Assembly: GCF_964204645.1 (NCBI RefSeq)
Contig: NC_134036.1
Span: 1,860,001 to 1,924,000, forward strand
Length of the DNA: 64,000 nt
Direction of reading: 5' to 3'
Source: Tubulanus polymorphus
Lineage: Eukaryota > Animalia > Nemertea
Part shown: piece after piece, positions 1-10,499 of the stretch
Layout: each line of letters opens with the position of its first letter
Position numbering within the stretch: the first letter of the stretch is position 1
Program-made: the position numbers and the translations under genes
Notes under the pieces: generated by a model
Seen by the model: the letters and a program-made list of their open reading frames with translations, nothing else
Database searches by the model: none
What the model was told of the DNA's origin: nothing

Positions 1-507
1 TCAACTAACGGGATTCATTCTTGACTGCAAACTTGTAGACCTAACTGCAAGATGTCTCAATATCATGTCAACCTATAGTTCGTTTCAAATCAAATTTTAG
101 ACGTCGCTGTTTCTATTTTTTAGACGCACGTGTGCATACAACGAACTGCTATCGATTTAATGTCAAAAGGAATTAAAGTTCATCGTCAAGATTTCAATCA
201 GATCGACTCATCGCATTCGACGTAAGAGCGTCCATACGCAGTATCCGGGCTACAGAAGCTTTTTTACCAAATATATATTTACGCACCACGACGGATTATG
301 AACTTTTTTGTATATAAGTCTAATGTGCGCAAGTTTTCTTGGCCCGTGTCGGGCTTTTTGAGGGGTAGTTCTATATCAAGAAAACAATGCACTTTTTACC
401 GTGAAAGGGGTACTTTCCAAAAAAATGAAAATTGTATCACTCGAGCTGTCAACTAACTGGATTCCTTCTTGACTGCAAACTTTTAGGCCTAACTGCAAGA
501 TGTCTCA
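1..507. repeat. Direct repeat of about 60 bp (1-58 and 449-507)
   Basis: TCAACTAAC..GGATTC.TTCTTGACTGCAAACTT.TAG.CCTAACTGCAAGATGTCTCA occurs twice, flanking the first ISOC exon. Confidence 0.8.
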
Positions 508-978
508 CAATCTCAAGTCTCCAATTGTATCCAAAATGTTGACCCTAATTCTTTTATATATATTGACTTTTTGAAGGGCACTTCGAAAGTTTAAGGGGTT
601 CGTTCGCAACTCCAGAAACCCCTCCGACACGTGCCATTGCAAATAAGTCCACAGTTTGGTATTAAATGACCCCGGCTCGAATACCCCCTACATTGGGATG
701 GGACAAATGACCCCGGCTCGAATACCCCCTACATTGGGATGGGACAAATGACCCCGGCTCGAATACCCCCTACATTGGGGTGGGATGAGAGATGGTGAAC
801 TTGAGACGAAATGGGATGATATTGATTAAAAAGAATTTCACCTTCAATTATTGCCTTGCTTTCATTGTAGAGACTTTGACGTCAGTTTGGAGCCGTCTTG
901 TTTCAACTACTCGCCGGAAAAAACCATCCTAGAATAAAACAGTTACAAAATCTTGTGAAAGGATTCATTGCCGAATAA
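124..978 (+). pseudogene. Isochorismatase domain-containing (ISOC1-like) gene, last two exons, disabled
   Basis: Exon 124-221 (ttttag|ACG...GAC|gtaaga) reads THVCIQRTAIDLMSKGIKVH, then after a frameshift SSRFQSDRLIAFD, matching ISOC1 [39 protein letters not shown] with the IVADAT codons deleted. Exon 871-978 (ttgtag|AGA) reads RL*RQFGAVLFQLLAGKNHPRIKQLQNLVKGFIAE*, matching RLARTG...[23 protein letters not shown], with in-frame TGA at 877-879 and the TTSE segment missing. Confidence 0.8.
664..786. repeat. Minisatellite, about 41 bp x3
   Basis: AAATGACCCCGGCTCGAATACCCCCTACATTGGGATGGGAC repeated three times. Confidence 0.95.
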
Positions 979-1133
979 AATCAGCTGCACGGATCCATCG
1001 AGGCCTATATATTTGTCGGAAAATTTCGGCCTAATTTCGATCCTACTGTCGGCTACACTGATGGGTGACTAGCTCAGATAGGCCTAGACTACAGTGAACA
1101 AAATAATTTCTTTTTTAATTCACATATACACGT

Positions 1134-1670
1134 AAGTTCAGGCCCATTAAACCTGTATCATTGGCGGGCCTATTGATGAACATATTTTGGTGATGTCTTA
1201 CTTCAAAAATTTACAAGATGGATGAACAGACTTTAAAGAATTCACCAGAAGTTCAGGTCTATGGAACTATATTGTTTGAAGGCCTTCTTAATGGACACAT
1301 TTTTGGTACCTAACTTTGAAAAATTTACAAGTTCAGGCAATAGAACTAAAGCTCGAAGGCCTTTTAATGGAGACACTTTGAAAAATTCAGGCAGCTACAG
1401 TTTGGAGGCCTTATTAATGAACAAACATTTTGGCAGCTTTCTTTGAAATTCACCACAAGTTCAGGCTTCACCCGCAGCACTGGCAGTGGTTGTCTCCACC
1501 AGTGGTCTCCGTCGCTCTACGATCCTAGTGTAACCAACATCAGACACTAAGATTCTTGGTGAAGTTCAGGCCTATACTGTGAGAACTATCGTTTGAAGGC
1601 CTTTTTAAAATGAACTCATTATTTGGTGGCGAACTTTAAGAGTCGGCACAAGAAGTTCAGATCTCTAGAA
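1134..1670. repeat. Degenerate tandem repeat, AAGTTCAGG / GAAGGCCTT units
   Basis: Recurrent AAGTTCAGG(C/T)...TTTGAAGGCCTT..AATG blocks. Confidence 0.65.
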
Positions 1671-2489
1671 TAATGTCGGGCGTTCTGAGGTGTCGGTCGG
1701 CAGCCTCACATTGTAAGAACTATTTGAGATTTTTTGGGTTAGGATTAGGCCTTATTCATTCAACTGATGCTAATGCGATAAATAAAAATAGGTCTTGATC
1801 GTCACGGAAGGAGAAATTGGAACTCATTTGGTTCTCTTTAAAGGCAGCATTTATTTTAAGGCTCCTTTAGGCTTCATACGTGTCATGTTCAACTGTGTAG
1901 GCCCATAATAAACTGATATCTGAGCGGGCTTGCCGTAATAGGCCAAGAACTAGGGTTTTAGGCTTGTACTCGGACAGATCTTTTTTTAGAAAAGATCTGC
2001 CATATTCATTGGAAACGTGTATTGTAGGCTTACATGGTCATTGGTAAGGCCAACGTTATAAATTGAACTGAATGTCCTCTAGGGACGGCGGCCGATCATG
2101 GAATGTTTTAGATCCCTGTATTATTTCTAGATAGGCCTAGATATTCAAAACAATTATAGTTATATATTTTAGACATTGGACGAACTCTAGATAGTTTTTT
2201 TCTCTAAAATCGGAACAAATTGAAGAAAAAAGGAATTTTTAGTTACCTTTTAACAAATCCGGACTCAACGCGTTATTTATTTATTTATCAAAACGGTAAA
2301 AAAAAACAATACCATTTTCGTCGATGCTGATCGTTTCCTCGGAGATCGTGACGTAAATTATGTAGCCTATGAAACCTCCCCGCGAATGGAGGTAGCGCTT
2401 CTCTATATTGCTAATATTACCTTGAGTGATACGCGTACATAAATATTGATTTCTAGGTAAAATCTAATTAAAATGATATTTTATGAGTA

Positions 2490-2878
2490 TTTATCACGTG
2501 GAAAATGTGTATTTTAGAATTTATTTGAGATTTCAGACGTGTTTTGAAAGTTGCGGATGATTCTAGAACCCGTTTAGAACGGTAACGAGTTCCGCTAGTA
2601 CTGAATGCTGATCTGAATTTACCGCCTAACAGCTGATATTCGCTCGTTTACTGTCGCAGTATTTCAGTATTTACACGTGCAGCGTCGCCACTTTACGGTG
2701 TGGAGACTCGTGGTGGCAGCACCGGCCGGCCTGAACCAACCCGATACAATCCAAGATGGCCGCGCCCTGTGTCTAATTCAATTCTAAAACTGTCAGACTA
2801 ATGCGTTCCTGCGACGAATTTTCTGATTTGCGATCTGTATTGTAATAAAAGGACTCGCGGGTTTTGAAGTTTGATCGC
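2490..2878 (+). promoter_or_regulatory. UXS1 promoter and 5' leader
   Basis: CpG-rich, with E-boxes CACGTG at about 2495 and 2674 and a YY1-type CAAGATGGCCGC at 2752-2763, just upstream of the proposed start ATG. Confidence 0.55.
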
Positions 2879-5800
2879 ATGCAGAGACCTCAAACAACAT
2901 TTCAGCTCCGTGGAGCTTTTCTGGTAATTAGAAATTCAACCGATCTTTCGTTGACGTTTCTGTTTTTAGATTTCTAGGGGGCCCTATAAAAATATAGAAA
3001 GAAAAGAATTGTATCGAACACGATTCCGTCTCTGACTATCAGGGGATCAATGGATTGGATCATTGACACTAGAGGCCTAACTGCAGTTAATAAGGTCACC
3101 TTTCCATAGTTAGTTACCTAATTGTTGGTGGTAAGCTTTTTATAATCGGATGAGCTTTTATACCAACTGTGGTTTGTGAAAATATCCGATCGGGAAACTA
3201 AACCACAGGGCCAAGTTTCACAAAAAAGTTTAACTCTTAAATCGATTTAATTTCTTCATTAATTCAGTTTATCTTAAATCGATTTATAGGCTTTAATCCC
3301 TTTAGATCCTTTTTGTGAAACTGGACCCAGACAGGTTACTGACTAACCTTTCCACTGTATGGCCATGGGCATGGGGTTAGTAGTGTAGTTAGTCTGAATA
3401 CCAGTCGTTGTTACGGGTTCCCTTACGTTGTTTGGGGAACGACGGCTAAGTACTAGATTAGGGGTTAGTGTAGTCAGTAACCGGTCTGTGATTCAGTTTC
3501 ACGATCGGATATTTCCACAAACCACATATTGGTACCACACGTTTAATATTTAAAGCCCATCAGATTATGAAAAGCTTACCACCAACGATTAGGTAACTAA
3601 CTAGGGTTAGTGTTAATAAAGAATGGAATTAGGGACACCTAAAGTTACTATTCGTTTAAGGCAGTAGGCCTAAAGGTTCTGGGTTCCTGCCAGGAGGGTG
3701 TTGACTGTTGAGCGATTGCAGCCCCAAAAGTTTTTTTTCTAAAGGTCATTTTTAATATTTTTTGTGAATATTTGCAGCAGAATCTCGTGTACGGCGGTCA
3801 GCGTGGAGAAGGTCTTCCCGGTAAAATCTGTTCCATCCTCGCAGCGATCGTGTTTCATCGTAAAACATTCATCACTATGTTAGTTACAAGTGTTACTTTA
3901 TTGATTGGTAAGTTAGAGAGATAGAAATAGACCGTTTGATAGTTGAGAGGGTCTCATAGCCTTCTCGACCCCAATTCCATAGTTTTGACTCACTGATCAG
4001 GGAAATCAGGGAATTTCAGAATTATTTTTCCCTGCTGGGAATTTTGGATTTCCAGATCTGTAAGAACCTTGGTTACCCCTTAACCCCCTGTTGAAACTGA
4101 ATCTCGGCTTCAGAATTTTTTAACATCAGATGTTATTTGTATTTTGTTTCTATAGTCTATTTACACTGGACATCCGGTTCATTGGTGAAAAATATGAAAA
4201 ACGATGACGGTACTATTATTGATGAGTTAAATGAGCTGAAAAATAGAGTGACTGTACTGGAGAAAAGGTCAGTGTTCTCTCCCTCCCTCCCTCCCTCCCT
4301 CCCTCCCTCCCTCCCTCCCTCCCTCTCTCTCTCTCTCTTCCTCACCCCTTACCTTGCCCCCTCTCTATCCTCCATCTCTCTCATCCCCCTCTTCCCTCTA
4401 ATTTACCTCATTCACCATCCATCTCTCTTTTCCTCATGCCCCATCCATCTTACCCACAATCAATCTTTCTTCCCTCTCATTCTCCTTCACACATATGCTC
4501 TCTCCTCCCTTTCGCTCTCCTTCCCTCCCTGCATTCATTTCCAAGATGATTAACTAAACCTATGATTCTGATTTCAGTAAGAAAGTTTATCCCGCCGTCA
4601 GATTTCTAACTTACAAGGACAGAAAACGAATTCTAGTAAGTTCTCGGATGATGCCATGATTTTACAAAAGTAATTTTCAGTACATTAAAATTTTAACGGT
4701 TTTCTCTTTGTTTTAATTCCTTGTTTAGGTGACAGGTGGCGCCGGTTTCGTCGGGTCGCATCTCGTCGATCAGCTGATGATTCAAGGTCACGAGGTGATC
4801 GTAGTCGATAATTTTTTCACCGGCCGTAAACGAAACGTGGAGCACTGGATCGGACACGAGAACTTCGAGTTGATTCATCACGATGTCGTTAATCCTGTTT
4901 TCTTGGAAGGTCAGTCAAAAACACTTTCTTGAAAGGCTAGCCCTTGCATGGTCTACTTATTGATTCCTTAGAAACTCCTTAACAATGGAAAATGCTTTTA
5001 AAGGTGCTTGAAGCTCCTTTAATTTGAGCAAAATGCCTGAAACATCTTTAAACAACTACGATTTTGAGAAATTCAAAAATATTCATGAATTACTGCCTCA
5101 TCTAACGGTTGAATGCTGGGGCCAGTTTTTGCAGTCATGGCTTAGATAAGATTTTAAGACCATTTTAAGCTTTATAGCTCCAGTCTAACAACTTAAAACC
5201 AGTCTGAAGACTTGAGACGATTTCGGACTTAAATTTCGACTATGGAAAGTAAATCCATGAATCCCAATACGATGTCATCAAATTGATGTGGCGATAAACA
5301 CTTCCATTAAAGATGGCTATGTCCATAAATCCCCCTATACATATATATCGTTGTTGTATATTTTAGTTGATCAGATCTACCACTTGGCGTCGCCGGCGTC
5401 TCCACCGAACTATATGTACAACCCGATTAAAACGATAAAAACAAACACATTCGGTACAATCAACATGCTCGGACTGGCGAAACGGACTCGCGCCCGGATG
5501 TTACTGGCGTCCACGTCCGAGGTGTACGGCGACCCTGAGGAACACCCGCAGAAAGAGACGTACTGGGGCCACGTGAACCCGATCGGCCCGCGGGCCTGTT
5601 ACGATGAAGGCAAGCGCGTCGCGGAGACCATGTGTTACGCATACGCTAAACAGGTAATCATTCCCCCTATGACATCATCAAATTGTTGTGATTTAAGATG
5701 GCTTCTTCAGTAAATCCCGTAAATGTTATCGTCAAATTGCTGCTCCCTCAAATCCCCCTATGACATCATGTAATTGATGTGGTTATAAATGATTACTCCT

Positions 5801-7740
5801 ATGAATCTCCCTATGACATCATCAAACTGATCTAAAATATGGTTACCGCTTTAAATCCCCCTATGACATCATCAAACTGATGAAGAAGCCTCTATAAATC
5901 CCCCTATGATGTCATCAAACTGATGAAGATGCCTCTATAAATCCCCCTATGATGTCATCAAACTGATGAAGAAACCTCTATAAATCCCCCAATGACGTGT
6001 AAAGTTAACTGGTGAAGTTTGAATGATTTATAGGAGAAAGTTGAGGTTCGAGTGGCGAGAATATTTAACACATTCGGGCCGAGGATGCATATGAAAGATG
6101 GAAGAGTTGTGAGTAATTTCATCCTGCAAGCATTACAAGGAGAACCAATCACTGTAAGTATCAAACATCCAACCACACACTGTATTCTCTTTCCTGATGT
6201 ATTACAAGGGGAACCAATCACTGTAAGTATCAAACATCTTCTCTCCGGATATATTTGTGAATGAACTATGATACGTGCATTGTAACTATCAGCGGCCTGG
6301 GGGACTTATGAACGAATATTGCCTTTTTGGACATAAAAGTCCCTTTTTGGGATGTGACAAGTTCTTCAAAATTTGGCCTCTGGCTCCACCCTTGTATAGT
6401 ACTTATCCTATGGGCAAATGAGCCCTGACTAAGGACGGGTCTTCAACTAAAAAACAGTCTTTTATAACATACTAGGCCAAATTTTGCTCCATAGCTGATC
6501 TTCTGAAAAACTTTTTTAAACCATTCTGCGCTATTATTAAAATGATTAAGATAAAAACACAATACTAGAATATAGTCAAACCTATTTTGGTCTGGTGCGG
6601 ACAATATTTGCGGTCCATTTGTTCGTTAATATACAAGAAAAGGACTCTCTGGTCCCAAATGATCCGAATTAAGCGGATTCTACTGCATTCATCAGGAATA
6701 ATGTTAGATTTTATTTCAAAGTTGATGGATTGTTTCAATATTTAATTTTTCTCTGATTTCTGCATTGTTGATACTAGGTTTACGGAGATGGCACTCAAAC
6801 TCGTTCGTTTCAATACGTCAGTGATTTAGTGTCAGGTTTGATCTCGTTGATGAACAGTAATTATAGTTTACCCTGTAATATCGGGAACCCTGATGAATAT
6901 ACCGTATTGAACTTTGCTGAAATTATTCGGGACCTCGTCGGTAAGTTTTATTAGAACTTTGCTGTTGGGTTCCGTTTAGAATTCAAAATCAAAGAAAAAA
7001 ACAATCAAATGAAGATAAACTAACGTTTTTCTTTAAAATTGTGTTTAACCGTTTTCAAAATAGGCTCAATTCTATGAGCAATTTTCATAAACTAAGAGAG
7101 TAGTGACGTTTAGACTCAATTCTATGAGACATTTGCAAAAGCTAAGAGAGTAGTGACGTTTAGACTCAATTCTATGAGACATTTTCAAAACTAAGAGAGT
7201 AGTGACGTTTAGACTCAATTCCATGAGACATTTTCAAAAAACTAAGAGAGTTGTGACGTTTATACTCAATTTTATGATACATTTTAAACACCGAAAATTT
7301 TGATAATGAAAAGTTGAGTCGAAACATCTCTTCTGAGTTTTTCAAAAAATTATGAAATTTGGGATTTTTCTTGTTCTAGGCGGGCCGAGTAAAATAGAAC
7401 ATCGTCCAGCGATGCAAGACGATCCCCGACGTCGTAAACCGGATATCAGACTCGCTAAAACTCATCTTAACTGGACGCCAAAGGTTAGATTGAAATGAGA
7501 TGTCAAATCTCAGCTATCCTCCCTCCCTGCGCAGTCATAGACATGCTTAACAACACCTACAGTCTTTACATACAGACCATCGAATTGATAATTTTTTAGG
7601 CTAATTTGAAATTTCCGTTAATATTTCAGGTTGCTATGAAACTCGGTATTCAAAAGACAATTGAATATTTCCGCGGTGAATTGCAGCGATCTCAACACAG
7701 CGAGCGTAACTTTGTCGCCGTCAATTCTCAGAAAAACTAA
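2879..7740 (+). CDS. UXS1: UDP-glucuronic acid decarboxylase 1 (UDP-xylose synthase), about 436 aa
   Basis: Exons 2879-2923, 3778(or 3781)-3907, 4156-4267, 4578-4635, 4729-4909, 5367-5653, 6034-6153, 6778-6940, 7380-7483, 7630-7740. All introns are GT-AG with compatible phases (1311 nt). Motifs [76 protein letters not shown], plus an N-terminal TM anchor. The first two exons are less certain. Confidence 0.95.
3105..3603. repeat. Inverted pair of a ~120-bp dispersed element in UXS1 intron 1
   Basis: Core GTCAGTAACC(T/G)GTCTG(T/C)G..T(T/C)AGTTTCAC..TCGGATATTT(T/C)CACA...CCGATTATAAAAGCTTACC(A/G)CCAA. Copies at 3105-3345 (reverse, interrupted by a MITE), 3473-3603, 17226-17343 and 53915-54003. 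Confidence 0.8.
3209..3327. mobile_element. Harbinger/Tourist-like MITE, CAG target site duplication
   Basis: TIRs GGCCAAGTTTCACAAAAA / TTTTTGTGAAACTGGACC flanked by CAG on both sides. The empty site AACCACAGACAGG is seen in the host-element copy near 17235-17247 (reverse strand). A related copy lies at 57168-57276. Confidence 0.8.
4276..4340. repeat. (CCCT)n / (CT)n microsatellite
   Basis: Read directly in UXS1 intron 3. It accounts for the spurious PPSL-repeat ORF. Confidence 0.95.
5660..5997. repeat. Array of the CCCCCTATGACATCATCAAA dispersed repeat family
   Basis: About 7 copies of ATCCCCCTATGA(C/T)(A/G)TCATCAAA. The same family occurs at 24490-25045, 31320-31890, 38750-38960, 41875-41970, 42947-43900 and 46005-46150. 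Confidence 0.85.
7063..7285. repeat. Minisatellite, about 50 bp x4-5
   Basis: CTCAATTCTATGAGACATTTTCAAAACTAAGAGAGTAGTGACGTTTAGA repeated in UXS1 intron 8. Confidence 0.9.
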
Positions 7741-8596
7741 TCAACGAAACACAAGTTTGTCTGCGTGCGCGCATGTGCGTGTTTACTTAATTTGGTACAT
7801 CGTAATTTGTTACAATGTAATTTATAGTAGAATATGTGCTACAATGGAATAGCTTCGATGAACAGCTGAAATTGAGAGATACATTGTAGTACCTTCAACT
7901 CTGAATTGTAATCTAAGGTAAACTAATCACAATGTATATTGTATCACTCAAACCGAAAAGAATCTTTGAGATGCTTTTCGTTATCAAAATGTCCACTAGA
8001 TTCGAGTGTTAACGAGTTTCCACTGTAGTCCATTGTAATAAATTCACCCGAGGTCAGGAAATATTTTCTCAGAAAACAAGTCAGCTCATCTCCTATGTTT
8101 AAAAATCGATTGAACGAAGAGCTTAAATCAAAATGGCTTATTTCTTGTGAAGATTTCTAAGATTTTATTATGTATGTAAGAAAAAGATCTGTTAATTGCA
8201 GTAAATTGATTAATGGTTCAGGGTTAGGTTTACGGGATATGAATAACTTATTGTCCAAGTCGTGGTTGCGGGATCTGACTGATTACCTTAGTTTGGGTAA
8301 ATATTTGGTATTTAACTGCAGGTGCGGATCTAGGAAATCTGGAAGGTGCCGAGGTCTTGAAGAAGAGACATTTTATAAGTCACTATCGGGGTCACGCCCT
8401 CGGTTTTAGATATTTTTGAACAAAACATGTAATTTTACGTCAAATTTGCAGGTTTTAATGATCTTTAACTTGAGGAAAAAGGCAACTGCCTCCATGGACC
8501 GCCCCACCCCCTTAATCCGCCCCTGTTGAGTTTGGTGTCAAATACCGAGTAAGAGAGTTGACAACTTCTATTCAGAAGTTTTCACTCTTATGTCGT

Positions 8597-8647
8597 CCTC
8601 CATCGGCAGGGATTTCGAACTCGATGGCATCGCTCGACTCAGCCACT
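8597..8647 (-). mobile_element. Possible tRNA-derived SINE remnant
   Basis: The minus strand reads GTGGCTGAGTCGAG (A-box-like) ... GAGTTCGAAATCCCTGCC (B-box-like). It is too short to be a tRNA. Confidence 0.3.
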
Positions 8648-9004
8648 TATGCGAGGATGTCTAGCATGAATTTTGTCCAATAAAATTGTGATCGAATTCT
8701 TTTTTTCCATATAAAAGAAAAATGTTACGTGTATTAAGTCTTATCTGTATTGAATGTTAGTTATATGATGTATTTTATAATCGAAATATGCACTTGAAAT
8801 ATTTTTTGACACTTTTTCTCACTTGCTGTGGTTTCCTCTTGTTACAATCGACTATTTTGAAATGTGCTTAACGTGCGTCTTTTTTCTTTATTGTTAATGT
8901 GTTTTAAAAAAACTCTATCTTTATAGTAATTTGTCACGTGTCCTACAAGAACAAATATTTAATCAATCAAAATTTCAGGGAAGGGAATTTTTTTCTCCAG
9001 GGCT

Positions 9005-9105
9005 CCACTCCGGGCGAGGAAGAGCAAAGTTGCGCTCTGGGGCACCAGTCCGGGCGAGGAGGGGCAAACTTGCGCTCTGGGGCTCCCGTCCAGGCAAGGC
9101 GAGGG
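9005..9105. repeat. GC-rich ~40-bp tandem repeat x2.5
   Basis: TCCGGGCGAGGA.G.GCAAA.TTGCGCTCTGGGGC repeated. Confidence 0.8.
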
Positions 9106-9404
9106 GGGACGGGTTACTTGTTGCTTTATATGTGACATCATTACTCTCAATCCACATGTCCAATCTCAATTTTGTGAACTCTTAATTTTGTCACTTGCTC
9201 ACATTCGTTTTTATTTGTATATCCATTATTTATGTTTTTGTCATGTGTTGCTGTCGGGAAAGGGGTTCGGGGGGGGACTTTTAGAATACGGTACTTTGGT
9301 CCCACTTAATCCTGGCGCTAGGGGTAGCCACACTATTGCGTGTGACTCACAGTTTGCAAACCAATATTGAAGATCTGCCATATGTAACAACAAGAGATAA
9401 TCAC

Positions 9405-9514
9405 GGTCTGGTTTTATAGACTGGTATTACCTTTAACCCCGGGGCTAACTCAAGTCATTTTCAATTGAGTTAACCTTCGGTTTAAAGGCAATACCGGTTT
9501 ATAAAACCAGCCCC
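9405..9514. mobile_element. Hairpin MITE, GGTTTTATAGACTGGTAT family
   Basis: Palindromic CTGGTTTTATAGACTGGTATTACCTTTAACC...GGTTTAAAGGCAATACCGGTTTATAAAACCAG. Related copies at 36283-36388 and 55187-55295. Confidence 0.75.
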
Positions 9515-9714
9515 AGGGGATTTACAAACTTTGTGGGTCTATCCTGTAAATCACCGATATTGTCTTTGTCAACCCAATATGGTATTGTGACATCGTAAAA
9601 GTGCATGACCTCGGTAATAGCCAAATTAAATGTTTTTTCGCTGTACGTAAAATATGGAATTTTTTGTGAGATGTTTATATTCGTTGTTTGTAACTTTATT
9701 TCGATGATGATAAT

Positions 9715-9770
9715 GAGCATTATAATTATCATTATTATTATTATTACTATTATTATTATTGTATTATATG
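9715..9770. repeat. (ATT)n microsatellite
   Basis: Read directly. Confidence 0.9.
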
Positions 9771-10393
9771 ATATATTAATATAAAGAAATTAAATGAGTG
9801 TAAACTATATTTATGTAGTTCTATTTATCGTTGGAACTTAGATTTCCGTGGGATTTACCCCAAATGGCGCAGCAGACTCTGGTTCCATAGTTGAAAGTTT
9901 AGATTTGACGAACGTAGAACCAGGGAACACACTTCCCTGGTAGAACTAAATATTCGCTGGCAGTCCAGTAAATAGACATTGATTTGAATAGCACATTCCG
10001 TGCCCTCTCCTACTTAAACCGAGACCAAAACGTCTCTCCGTTAGACTGTTAACGTTGTTTTGACAAGATAAGTAAATTAATGTTGTCGCAAGGTTGGGTA
10101 AACTCGATCTAATAGATTTAAATATACTAATGACAATTGCCAAGGATTGCTGGCTTCACAATCTGATATGGATTGAGCTGGTTCAGTGTAGTTCAAAACC
10201 CTCGATAGATTGGTATAAAAGCCGCGCATGCTTGAAGAAGTTCTGTTTGTCAGTGGACTGGAATTTTGTGTCCATTGAAACCAGTCTATGAAAGAGGTTA
10301 CGACCGACCGTCGAGTGTGACGAATTCTCAATAGACAAACAGTCTAGGTCAGTGCCCGGGTCGTCTTTTCTATTGTAAGTAAGTCCTGTGTCG

Positions 10394-10403
10394 TGGTATA
10401 AAA
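10394..10403 (+). promoter_or_regulatory. TATA box of the galectin gene
   Basis: TGGTATAAAA about 100 nt upstream of the ATG at 10500. An identical TGGTATAAAA lies at 10211-10220. Confidence 0.5.
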
Positions 10404-10499
10404 CTCGCGTAGTCAACACCAGGACGAACTGTGAGTATATTGCAGCCCTACTGACGACCAGCTCCTCTTCCGAGTCGGCACCAGATTTACAAAAACGTC

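Noticed and set aside
842-928. Possible minus-strand exon with AG/GT borders
   Set aside because: All three frames contain stops, and the + strand ISOC1-like reading explains the region.
4268-4553. PPSL-repeat extension of ORF 4137-4553 and the antisense GGRE ORF
   Set aside because: Read-through into the (CCCT)n microsatellite of UXS1 intron 3.
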